Source: Enoplolaimus lenunculus (lineage: Eukaryota). From it: a stretch of 64,000 nucleotides of DNA. Both the position numbers and the translations under genes were made by a program. Numbering within the stretch: position 1 is the first letter of the stretch; each line of letters opens with the position of its first letter. The notes beneath the pieces are model-generated. The model was not told the origin of the DNA. It ran no database searches and saw only the letters and a list, made by a program, of their open reading frames with translations. Where the stretch lies: positions 1 to 64,000 of the forward strand of contig JASANG010001881.1 of assembly GCA_030248215.1 (NCBI GenBank). Reading direction: 5' to 3'. Below, piece after piece: positions 12,277 to 25,600 of this stretch.

Positions 12277-14311
12277 CTGGAAAAAGTGGAAAAGATTTAA
12301 AAAACAATTATAAAATACAGTTTTGAATTTTATAAGCTTTTGAAATTTGCAAAATATCTACTAAGTTTCACACTTTTGATTTGAAATCTTTTGTGATTTT
12401 TAGAAATTCTGAAATTTTTTCAAATGTTGCAATTTTTGAAATTGTTCAAATATTTGCTAAAACGTTTGGCATTTTTAGAATTTTAATTATAATTTTTTCA
12501 ATGTTTTCTATTTCTTCAAATTTTTCTATTTTTAATTCAAACAATTCTGAGGTTTTTCAGAATTTTCAAACTAAATTTTTAAAAAAATTTCAATATTTTT
12601 AAATGTTTCTAAATATTCAACGAATACTCAAATTCGACAGAAATGTCTCAGCGACTTTCCCAAAATTTTCAAATGTTGCCAACGTTTATAATGCCACAAA
12701 TTCTCTCGATATCCTAAATGATAAACTCCAAATGACTTGGAAAATTGTTTAAAAATTTTTAATCTTAGCGCAATACCTAAGTTTAGGTATCATAAGCTGC
12801 ACCGCGGCTTTGTAAACTTGCTAAACAAGCTGTCCTCCGAATCGGCCCAATTCAAAAATTATGGTATATGCCACTCAAACAGCGTTTGGCTTTTCGCTCG
12901 CTTTGATTGCGAACTTCCGTTCACGATATGTTACGAATCCCCAATAAGAAAATTCTAAATCGTCTAAGTAAACATTCTTACAATAAATGGTATAATGCTT
13001 GTTCCAGGGACATGACATCCGCTTCGCCAAAGCGTGCTATCATCAGAACAGTCGACTCCGTATCGCGAATGACCCAACGTGAAATTCATTGTCGAATCCT
13101 GTGTTGGCAGAGGTGGTAGCGCTAAAATCATATTAGTTCGTTGATCCTCAGTGGCGGATCCAGAAACTTACACCAACGGTCGATAGCTTGGCAACGAAAT
13201 ACTTGCAGCTGCAAGTATTTGCAACATAACCATTACTGTCATTCTGAATCTTGACATGAATTTATATGACTAATTTGCAGACGGCTGCAATAAACATCAT
13301 CTATAAGGTATAAATTATCAGTTTAACCGATGATTATGATGAATTATTTGCAAGCTATAGTCATACGTATGAATAAATTTTTGACGCATATTCATCATAA
13401 ATAAATTGCAGCTGCAAGTTCTTCGAATGAATTTCCGGAAAAACTTAATACAGTTGAAACGCTTTTCACATTTAGAACAGCATCTTTCAAAAGATGCTTA
13501 ATAGTGCAAAAACGAAGAAACTCTAAATTGAATCGCTTGCGTATTTTAAAACGCCGTTAGCTAACCGCTCGACGCTATTTCTGCATAAAAATAAACGCAT
13601 TTTTCAAAACGCGAAAAATGTTTTGTATTTTTGACGTAATTCCTTATAAAAAGGCAGATGTTGCATACTTGACTGAAGCGAATATGGAGTCGGGTTGGGG
13701 AACGTCCCTTAGGCAACCATTTTCTCGACTCGTTTCGGGATGAAATATGATACAGAGTCCGCTTACTATCGTCATGATAATCCGCTAAGTCGCGTTTTTT
13801 CCTCCGTTCATCTCTGGTCCACATTATGTCTTTGGTTTCGTGCCAGTTCACAATCGGAAGTTCGACAACGGTCAAAAATATAAATCCCATACATGAAAAT
13901 ACCCATACATCCAGCGCTTTGACGTAGGATACTTTCGGCAGAGTCCGTGCAACGTTGCCATATTGAAATATCATCGCCATTAAGCTGCTTACGCCTGGAA
14001 AAATTTATTCATTACAGATTTTGTAAAAATTCAACCCCAGCACGTTCCGAAATCCGTAAAAGTTTAAAAGGCAACGAAAACACAACTTACAAGATTGACC
14101 ATGGAGTTAAAGGCCGGAAAATGTGGGCTTTGGCCAACCTCGCATTCCTTTCTCACCGAATAATACCTTTAATTCTCCACTGCTAAAAGGGCCATCCTGT
14201 ATTAAGTAAGCTACAATTTTAAAATATTTATTTATTACGAGTTCGAATATTAAATTGTTTTGCACCTGAAAACCATATTTTTATTAGGATCGCAAAATTA
14301 TAATATAGTGC

Positions 14312-14390
<79 letters not shown>

Positions 14391-17300
14391 CATATATACA
14401 GATATATATACATACATACATATATAATATATTATATATATGTATAAGCAAATATAAGTAACAAGCTTTCTTGCATCGAATGTGTTATATCAAATAAATT
14501 TCTATTGAAAATACTTGAAACTAAGTAGAGATTGGCCTAAGTATCCAGGCCATGTTAAACTTTACCTAAAGTAATTCTTGCCGGCAACGCGCGGTAATCC
14601 AACCAAAACGCAATCCACGAAATGAAAACGGTTGCAAACGTCGGCAGGTAAATTTGAAGAACGTAAAATCCAAATTCACGTTTGAAAAAGAAAAATACGG
14701 TCAATTGATCCCACATTCCTGAAATTTTCAATAGCCAATCCAAGGCTTTGAGCTGCCGCCTTATTCATAATTTTTCAAATATTTTTTGTGTTTTAAAATT
14801 TTTTCAAGTGTTTAAACGGATATTTTAACGAAATCACCAAAATTTTAAACTCGAGTTATATGCGGTTGTTATGTTTCAGCTATTTGGTTTAGATAACACA
14901 TTGTGAGCTTCAGATGAACAATTTTTTGCGACAATACAGCATTGGACAGTTGGCCCATGTTACTTTCAGGGGCGTTCAGGTTTTTGGTAGGTCTATTAAA
15001 AAAGTAGGTTTAGATTCTTGATTACAGTTTTTTGCTTAGGCGTAGGCTTAGGAACTTATTTTTGCATCGCTTAGGGTTAGGCTTAGGCTTAGGAATACGC
15101 TTTTGCAACGCTTAGGTTAGGCTTAGGAACTCATTTTTGCAACGCTTCGGGTTAGGCTTAGGCTTAGGAATACGTTTTTGCAACGCTTAGGCTTAGGCGA
15201 AAGAATACGCTTTTGCAACGCTTAAGCTTAGGCTTAGGAACTCATTTTTGCAACGCTTAGGCTTAGGCTTAGGAATACGCTTAATCTACTGTTACGTCCC
15301 TTAAAGTAACATTGGCCAGACAGTTGGTGGGAGAGATATTGCTTATCTCTCATGGAATCATCACGGTCCCATAGCCACTTAAACAGTATTGAAACGGGTG
15401 AAAAAGGTACCCAAACAAAGTATGCTGTAATGGTGCTTATATGGAAGTCATGCAATTTTAATATCATTGCCACAAAATTTTAGCGTTTGATCTGTGTTGG
15501 AGACCAAAACCTGAAAACCCACGACCCCCAGATTAACCAGTCTGCTTTTCTAACCACTAAAGCGACACAGCAATGCAGCCTTTTCGCTAAACTCCATATA
15601 CCGTAACCAATAACCGCTTACCTGCCGGATACAAATAAGTATTTTTGAAATTTTTAAATGTGTATAATTCGAAATCAGGTAATTTGATTTCTTTGTCGAA
15701 TAAAATTGGATCACCTTCACGCCAATGCAAACGAACCGGAAATTTAAAACGAAAACTTCAACAGCCAGCTTATAAATAAAGAACAGAGCCTGGGGGGTCG
15801 CATGCAAGAATGTTAAAATCTCCCCTCTAAAATGTCTTAAAAGACGAGAAACTCCAAAAAAAAGACAATTTTAATTCTGAAGAATAATCGACAAAGGTTC
15901 AAAAAAATATTTTGCTTCTTTGCGCTCGTCCGACAAGAAATATTTAGACGTGGATATCTGCCCCCGAATTGATATCCTACCAATATCCTGTGCGCATATC
16001 TGTATAACAATTAACCGCCTGGCTGGGTATTAGCAGAATAAAACAACAAAATGTTGGATCGCTGGACCAGTGTAAAGAACATGGGCCGAACGATATTATA
16101 CAGCTTATTTCTGAGCCTAAGCCTAAGCATAAGAATGAGATTATTCTTAAGTCTAAGCCTAAGCCTAAAAAATAGTCTAAAGCTTAAGCTTATTCTATTG
16201 CAGTCCCACAGTAAAACCTTCCGCCCTTGATCTTTACATGGGGCCGATTGTTGGAATGTAAAAATAATATTGTACCGAATACCAAATGTATCATTGTCTT
16301 TCATGGAATTTGCGGCTAAATATAATCCGAAATTAACTGTGTGTTAATTATGAACCAATTGCATTGTTTCTCATATGTATGGTTCGTGGCATATAATTAA
16401 AACAGATTTTAAGATTAATAATTTTTGACAATTTTATCTCACTATTTTAAATAATTCATATTTGAGTTTGAATCGGGTATTAAATTTAAAAATTTGAGTT
16501 GAAATTGAAATTATAATTAAAACATACCTTTCCCATGTTGAACGAGTAGCTTTCAAATATCAACAAACATCTTTGAATATCCATTGGAAACGTTGTTAGG
16601 TCCATTTCACACGGCGCCGTCACTTTTACCCTGAAAAATAATTAACTTTACGATCAAAGACATAAAATTCATTGTAAATTCCAATGAGTTGATTAATTAC
16701 GTCAAAGTGAGAATTTGATATTTCTGTTTATTTCTGTGTTAATAACAGTAAACGTTAAGGTTGCAAGTGTTTCAGAACTCGGAATGTTGAGTTGATTCAA
16801 CTCGAGTTAATTAAACAACTCATTTGAAATTAAATCAATTCAGAGACAGTTAACTGTTATGAACTAATCAACTCATTGGAATTTACAGTGAAGAACGCTT
16901 AGTTTGTGCAGTCTTCAAAGTGAACGCTTGGAATAAAGCTTAGCAAAGCTTGATGTTTTTGCTAGAGGCAGATTTAGTATTTTCTGATTGACAAAACCAC
17001 GCGATATATAATTTCAAAACCTCACGAGCGAAGCGAGCCAGAAAGCAAACATTATTTAGCACAAAATTTTGGTTTTGATCATCTGACAGGCGAAAAATGG
17101 CGTTACTTTTTCGTTGTGTCTGTTGACTTTAAAAACGCCTGCTGTATGTGGGTAATAGCGCAGTCAACGGGGGGTTCAGAGCTCATGTCCCCTTTAGAGT
17201 GTTTGTAAATCATTTTAATATATTTTATCTATGTCTAACAAAGAAATCTGCTATCCTGACTGCGTTCAGTTCGAGAAACCAGTATCTGTTTTGATCTGAA

Positions 17301-19623
17301 GCTTTCGTCAGTAGCTAAGTTTCCGAGTATTAAAGTTAACTACATTGAAATAACACAAATTAGACTACAGTGCAGGAAACGAGACTGTCAACAGAGGTTG
17401 AAAATAATAACTGTAATGCATGCAAAAACACAAAATAAAGAAACATAAAAAATGTAAAAATAAAATAATTATTAACGATTTGATTGGACGATATTAACAT
17501 TGAACAGATTGACACCTGTGTCCAGATTCTCAAATGTGTATAGCACCTATCACCAGTTGGCGATTGGTTTGATAAGTTTTGCACCAGCCAATGAAAAACC
17601 TTGAAATTTGGCAAGTTCGTCACATATCGAAGGTTTTAATTGTGAGCAAATTTTGAGGTCTGCATATCTCGGAGTTGACTTATTTGACATCCATTACTAA
17701 CTGGCGACGGGTGCTACACATGTTTGAAAATACTGTCCCTAGAGTCATCTGTGCTAATCACTCGTTTCGGATTAACACAAGTTGTGGTTCTTTTTGAGGA
17801 TCCGTTCAATGGACACATCACCGTTCAATGGTTCGGAAGCTACAAGACCTATCACCGACTGGCGATCCATGCTACACACATTTGAGAATACGAACGTTTG
17901 ACTTACCGGTAATTAACCCAAACTGTACCGTTCGGATAGATCAAAAGAAAAATATTCGGGGTCGGCGAATTATGTACCGTCGAGGCTTTACTGTTCACAA
18001 AACAAACATTCGGAATCCAAATTCGGTCAACCATTCGGTAACTGAGGGTAACATTTTCCAGGCAACTGGTCAAATGGTCAAATCGAAGGCCTCTGTCGTG
18101 CCAAATTTGACTAAACAACAAATCAGCTTCGAAACTTTGTGAAATTTCTGAAATGGCCGACAGGCCTTGAACGATTAAATCGACCGCAACATCGACCCCG
18201 CGCGCTGGAGTTGTATCAGGATTGTAGCCGTCTAAAATGGAATTTAGTATTATTCGTGTTACACTGTCGTTTATATACGCGCACGGATTCGCCGGCATCG
18301 ACGATGACGTGTTCGATTGCGATTGGATAATGTAGTCGAGGTCGAATTGACCAATCGGATGACGCATCGGCGATGACGTGTTTGATTTTGATTGCATGAC
18401 GTCATCGAAATTGAATTGATACAGCGTCACGTTGCTGTTAGTCATTTCAGGGACTGATGCGGTGAGTTGAATCGAACCTGATGTTTCGATTTGTTTGGCG
18501 ACTTCTGACCCTTGAGGTTGATCATGTTGCGTAGCGGCGTGTTGCGATTGTTGCTTCGATGAACTGAGTCGCGGAAACAAAATGATCACTGCAAGCAGGG
18601 CGACTGCAATCGGATGTATGTTTGCCAGCGATGGTTGTTGAGCGACAAATGGTGCCTTAAAGACACCTTTCACAGTGAATCATGCGAAATAAAAAGGTTT
18701 GGACATAAAAACATCGATGTGATAAAATGCTTCGAATATACAACCGGTACAAACAAAAATATAAATATATATATAAGTATATATACATATATATACAGAT
18801 ATATTATATATGCATACATATATATACTGGATGTCATATTCTTTGTTTTACGGTAAAAGCTGTATTAGTGGACAAAAGGGCAAACACTGCCCTTCTGAAC
18901 AATTTTGTATTCGTAATACCAAGAGTGGTTGATCACTCTTTATAACAAGAGTGTGCAACTGGATACAGGTGTACTGAAGCATACTTTATTGTTAATCTCT
19001 TGCTTAACCCCCCCCCCCTGATTGAGAGAAGGGTCGAACAAAAATGCAACGTGTGCTGGTACATTCTTTAATACACAGAATGTCCCAGTTGCACACTCTT
19101 GTTATATACAGTGATCATCCAATATATACTGTTCCGCCCCTGTTCTTTTACTTTGGCCAGAAACTTGCATGAAAACTAAATTTGTGACCCGATTATCTAG
19201 AAAAGTACGGCACGTAAATTTGTAAGCCTAAGCCTAACCTAAGCGAAAAACTCGTAGCCAGAGGATGGCTAGGCACTCGGCCCCCTGCACAAATGTTTCC
19301 CCTTATACAATTGTTAATCTTGCTTGTAAGTCATAGCAAACCCTTGTATGCTCTTCCTGAGAATTTTTTACCTCACAAGAACGGTGTGCTGGCTACGGGC
19401 CTGCTAAGCGAAAATATTTATTCAACTTGTTTGCGCACAAACCCATTTTAAGTAGGCGCTACTCAAACCAGAATTGTTCAACCGCCCATGTCTGTAAGTA
19501 AACTACGCAATGGATCCCTTAGTGGATAGGTCCTACCAATACCTGTTGTGGACCATTATTCCTAACCAGTTGTCCTTGTGAAATGGCAACGTTGCTTCGT
19601 CGAGGACCAAACGGCGAAGGCAT
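11407..19623 (-). CDS. Same channel locus, isoform B: join(19623-19543 tentative, 18655-17907, then the five shared exons 16630-11407), about 798 aa
   Basis: Exon 18655-17907 is open, has a hydrophobic signal-like stretch ([12 protein letters not shown]), encodes the N-terminal half of the ECD and ends TAC CG|GTAAGT (phase 2), matching the shared acceptor TTTTCAG|G at 16630. The first exon is inferred. Confidence 0.8.
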
Positions 19624-22600
19624 ATTTTATTTTTAAAATCATAAATATTTAATATTTTTCTACAATCTGAAAGTTTAAATTAATTTTGAAATGTATTTTT
19701 TTTCAAAAACCAAAAATTCGCTAAAAATCTGGCAGATTCCGGTGTCGTCGAAAGTATAACACGTGGTGAACGGTTATAAGCTGTTCTCGCTTTATATCAA
19801 AAAGTTAACGTTTTGTAAAGCGAAAAAATGTATTAATTTTAATTCTTTGAAATTTATTTAATGTAAAATACTGTCATCGTAGTATACTTCAACCAAAATT
19901 GTACCGTATGTTCTGTTTTTATAGCCCAAGAGTCCGACAGTAGGACTTAGGGGGTCGATGAGGTCGGAAACTTTGAAAATAATTTATGGTAAGAACTAAA
20001 TGTTCGCTGAGACAATATATTCGGGCCCGTAGCCAAAGGGGGCAGGGGGGCTCAGCCCCCGTCGAAAAATTTTGGTCTCCCCTAGAAGATTTTGAATCTT
20101 GCTTGGAAGTCGTTGAAAACCCTTGAATTCCCCTCCTGAAAACTTTTGGGCCCACCAGCAAGGTGAGCTGGCTACCGGCCTGGATATATTCAAGTGACCT
20201 GGCCCTACTCAAACCAAAATATACCGGTTGCTCCGATCCCAGTGGATCCAAAATCGGGTACGTTTCGGCAGGTTCGTAGCCAGGACCAATATGTTACAGG
20301 AAGCCAAAAAACGTTTCGGGATCGTAAGGTTATTTTGCTTAATTTATAACCAGGGTCTAAATTTTTGTTAGATTTCCGTCGGAACCAGCACCAGATATCC
20401 AGTCAAATACTGCGGTTGGCAAGGATACGGTATTTGGTATACTCTCTACAAATCAGTACGGCATTTATACACATCACTGGGGCGAATCCAGAACCAATTA
20501 AGGCGTCACTTTACAGGCACGGATGGGAGGACCCATTTTGCCAAAACGCCTACTTTGCCAAATGGACCAACGCTGCGTAAGTCGACGCAGGTATTGAATT
20601 TGAACCTGGCAATATTTTGGTTTGAATGAGATTCACGAATAGAACGGCCTTTAGATCCACATTCATCTGAATGAACTTTTCTTTTGGGGTACATTTAGTT
20701 CCAGTTCCCGCACCCCCCCTGGAAAAACGAACCGTCATCTGGTTGCCATTCAAAAGCTGAGTTTAGCCTCTCCAATGATTTTGCCAGAATTGCACTGACG
20801 TGTTTATAACGACGTGGGCCCATGTAAAGATCAGTGGTGGAACGTTTTACTGTGGGATTGCAATAGAGTAAAGCTTAAGCTTTAGACTAATTTTTTGTCT
20901 TGGTTTAGACTTGGGCTTAGGAATAAAGCTTATAATACTGTTCCGCCCCTGTTCTTTAACATCGGCCAGAAAATCAAACAAATATCGCAGTACCAAAGGC
21001 GTCGTGTGAGGATTTCGTTTCGGAAAGGCTTATAATTTTGCAAGCGAGCGTAGCGAACGCCAAAATAATATTTGAATCTCACGTTATTCTACAGCCTGTG
21101 CCAGCCTCTTTTTTGGTGTTTTTCAAGAAATTTCGTATCATATATCCTTTGTATGCCATACTTGGATACGTCCCTGTCAAATACCACCGCAAAGTTTTTT
21201 AGTCAAACTCAAAATGAACTAAAACCATTTTGTTATCAAATTCAACATCTGAAAGCGATTCAATTGAAACTTTTTTGAACGGAAGTTCCAACTGGCGCAT
21301 TGAACTCGAGCAAAACAAAAGAGTTGCACACACCAAATCTTAATAGTGTTTTGGTCTTTGGTTTCGGCCATTGTAAAGAACAGGGGCAGGACTGTACGTA
21401 TAAGCATATTCCTAAGCCTAAGCTTAAGCCTAAGCCGAAGTGTAAGAATGAACATATTCTCAAGCGTAAGCGTAAGCCTAAGCCCAAACCAAGCAAAAAA
21501 ATAATCTAAAGCTTAAGTTTACTCTTTTCTAGTATCACGCGGAAAAACGTTCCGCCCCTGATCTTCACATGGGCGTTGTTTTCGATGGCTAAGTTAGAAT
21601 TTAAGTTCGGGAACATATAAGGACACGGAAGATTTCTTGAAGCAAAATGTAGCAGAATAAAGTTTGTTTGCGAGCAGTATCCTAGCGACTTCAAAAGCGT
21701 CTATTTTCTTATCCTTCCAAGTAAACTTTACAAGTACACCGCTTATGCACGCTTCCTCTGGTAAACGTCTATTAGTTTTTAGGGTAGCCAATAAAAGTTT
21801 ACCTGGTGGATGGAAAATGTTCAGCCAATCCGATCAGTGCTGCAACTACCCGCGGGTAGCCGCAGGTAAATGCAGGATGGGTAGCAAAATTATTTTGACA
21901 CAGGTATACCCGCTGGTAAAATATATCAGCCGGGATGACGTTATACTTGGTGTGCGTCGCCCTGCGGCGCTGGACAGCGCTGCACGTGCCAAAAACTTTA
22001 CGTATAACTCATTTACGTTGACGTGCGGCAATAAAGCATTAAAATTGTCAAAAAGTCTTGGGTCGTCCGCAATGCACAAAAGTGCTAGTGAATGCATAAA
22101 AATCTGTATGCAATTTTTTTATTATAGAACAATCACGTCTATGTGCTATGAAACTCGTAAACACAGTATGCTGGAAACTTGCCCAAAATACGTATGTAGC
22201 GTATTCCAGCTTTAACTATATAGAGATTTTGTATTTATGTGTTTGAGCATAAATCTAACAACAGTTTTCACACATTAATCGTAGCAGCCAATCAACAACT
22301 AAATGTTGCCAGTTAACATAGCAAACGCTAAATTAGTTTCGAAACATTTCATATAAAACTGCTAAAGTTGTATAGAAAATAATGACGAGATTGGAACAAA
22401 TAACCCGCAAGCTGCTGTCACAAAAACATGCCAAACACAAATAAAACAGCGCACGGACGACCCACAGCTACCACGGCCGTCCGCAGAAAGTTACACTTGG
22501 GGGGAGATGCACCGAATAATTTTTGGGTGACCCTAAAATTGCAGTTCAAGATTGTTTACTTTTAGACCGAGTCTATATAGGGCCACCAGCCGAATTTGGG

Positions 22601-25600
22601 GTGGCACGGCTCCCCACTGTTCCCCCGGTGGGACGCTTTTAACAGCTACTGTATAATTTGACCTTTCAATAGTTTCTGAAGCCTGGGGTGGCCGATATGA
22701 CCTTAAGGGTAAGACGCGACCATGGACCATTACAGGTAGAAGGCACTCCTGGTAGGGTAGTTTTTTTGCAATGTCAAGTTAATTTTTTAGCTTTTTCAAA
22801 GATTTCTAAAATATGAGTATTATCTTTATAAACAGTATGAATTTTAATTTTGACGTCTAATTAGTCACAGGTATGCCACTGATTTCACACGTGCAAGTTT
22901 TTGCTGCGAGACCTTACAGCTGCAAATTGCACACAGAACCTGCATCTTTTTATCAGCCAATGAGAAAGCGGCTGTAATAAATTCAGCGAACATGCACGGT
23001 TATTCACACATGTGAACTAAATTCCTGGCTGTGATTTTTAATGAATTATTTGTAGCTGCAAGTTTTTCGACCTCTGGTTAATAATACCGCCCTCGGAGTA
23101 ACGAACCATCTTATAATTGGGGCCAATAGCTTACCTTCATGGATCAACCCGCAACAAAACCATTACAATTAGGGTCGTAATGTATGCCTTATTTATCACC
23201 AGTTGATGATAGGTCCTGTAGCTTTCAAACCAGTACATGCTGACGCTCAGAACTCAGCACATTTTTCGCTTACGATTTGCTCTGCTCTTGTATCAATCTT
23301 GAGTTCAACAACTGCAATAGTTAGTCTGTTTGACAACCTATCATTAACTAATCATAGTTACTATACACATTTGAGAATATGGGATAACATTAAAATTAAA
23401 CATGGGACCCGCTTGCAACTCAGGATGTTCATAACAAAGTTAGATTCAACGCGACATTCAAAGTTGCAGAACCGGATCCTTTGAACAAGGCAACAGACTA
23501 CGTGGAGCACAACATATAGCTGAACGAACATCATGAGCTAAGCAACAAGCGAATAGCCAAACGCAATTTTAGTACAAAATCAAAGCATCAAACTCTTCGT
23601 TCTAAATACAGAAGGACGCCCCTGGTCATCATTCTGCTGAATATCTGTTGGCAGACAGCGATGGACGTCCGCAGAAAAATTTCAAACCAAAGAGACAGAA
23701 AAACGATTACGGAGCCAAAGATTTTCACTCTTGGTAAAAAACAATGATCAAATTAATTTGATGCAGGCCACAATTAAAAAAACTAGTTCATCCCCAGCAG
23801 TGTGATTGCACAAACTAATCCGGATCTGATTACCGCAATACCGGAAGCAAACGATGTCTGACTCAAAAAATGATATAAAATATCAAAAATTTTGAAAAAT
23901 CTGTCTTCTTAAACCATATCTCAGTGGCTCTCTAAGACAGTCAAGCCAGGAATACAAGTCGGTATTTAGGCGATATATTTCTGCAAATTTTTGCTAAATA
24001 ATAGATATTTCCACAGAATTCAAAATTAACTCTTAAGCCCCATTCCACACGTGCAAGTTTTTGCTGCGAGGACTCGCAGCTGCAACTTGCACTTGCTGGT
24101 TTTGTCCAAAATCCCGTTCGAAAAACTTACAGCTGCTAATAATTCGCTAAAAATCTCAGCTTGGAATTTAGTTCACATGTGTGAATAACCATGCAAATTC
24201 ACTGAATTTATTGCAGCCGCTTTCTCATTGGCTGATTAAAAAAATGCAAGTTCTGCATGCAATTTGCAGCTGCAAGTTCTCGCTGCAAAAACATTGCACG
24301 TGTGAATAGAGCTTTACGCGTATAACTTCCTTAAATATGAAATACCCTCCCGAAATAAAATCTCGGCAAAGTATGACGTTGCAGACAACCTCGTTACAAA
24401 CAAGAAACTATATTTCGTCTCTAATAAGTACCCTTGGGTGTAATTTAACTCAACTAACTCTAGGGTGGAGGTTATACCACTAGAATTAGCTCTGATCAAC
24501 TTATAATTTCAAGTAAAGATTCCTATTAATGATACAATATCAGCGGTGGCGAATAGAGAAATTTTTGAAATGGGAATCATGTGATTTTATTAATAATAAA
24601 TTCACGGAACCGAGTGAGACGCCAGACACAATTTTAGCACTAAATCTTAATACAAAGTTCTAAATTTCGTACTCCGCTGGGGCGTTAGACGTGAGTGAAG
24701 GAACCATATGGATAAGCCAGGGTATGAAGTATTCTCAAATGACTGTAGCACTTTTGACCCATGTAAAAGAACAAGTTTAAATTTCAGGCCATTTTTTGAT
24801 TATGCTTAGGCTTATGCTAACACTGTTTTCAACACATAGGTCGATGCTAATAGGCTTTAGGCTTACCCTTTTTCAACGCTTAGGCCGTTGCTTAGCGTTA
24901 CATGCTTATACACATACGGCCCTAACTGTAACATAAGACGGGCATTTGAAAAATACACCCACGGTAAGTCAGATCCATATTTAATAATTTGAAAATGTCG
25001 AACAAACGCCGTATTTCTAAATTTCGAACTGCAAATTCTTCTAATTTTACCTGCGTTAGCTATCAAAGAATCCTTGTATACGCCTCTGACAGTTATCTTG
25101 GTTGAAAATATTTCTCAATGAATGTATGTAAATATATATGTATATGTATATATACTGCAAAAAATGGTGAGTCAAATTGACTCTCGCCGAAATAGGCTTT
25201 TCCTGACTACACAAACTGAGTCACAATTTGACTCCGCCTGAGTCAAATGTTTGAGTTTGTGTAGTCAAGAAAAGCCTATTTCGGCGAGAGTCAATTTGAC
25301 TCACCATTTTTTACAGTATGTATATTTACTCGAAGTTTTCAAAACGTTTCATCAACAAATTTTCAAAAAATTAATATTATTTACTACACTTCAATCTACG
25401 ACGAGGTCTCTCAGTCAGTCACCCCACGGATTCTTTTGTTTTTTCTAAATCTTAGCCCCCGCTCGCCTACCTGTGGGTAGGTCCTTTTAAATCGTCTTAA
25501 GTGTGACTGAACCTTTATGCTTAATGGCTCTAAAATTCACTTAAAGAAAACTGGTGAACTGTTTCAATATGCACTCATCTTTGATTCTATTGTTTCAGTG

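Noticed and set aside
15234..15473. ORF with KLHDFHI resembling the LGIC LPDF motif
   Set aside because: The real exon is 15736-15622 (KLPDFEL). This ORF lacks suitable splice sites and runs into a MITE.
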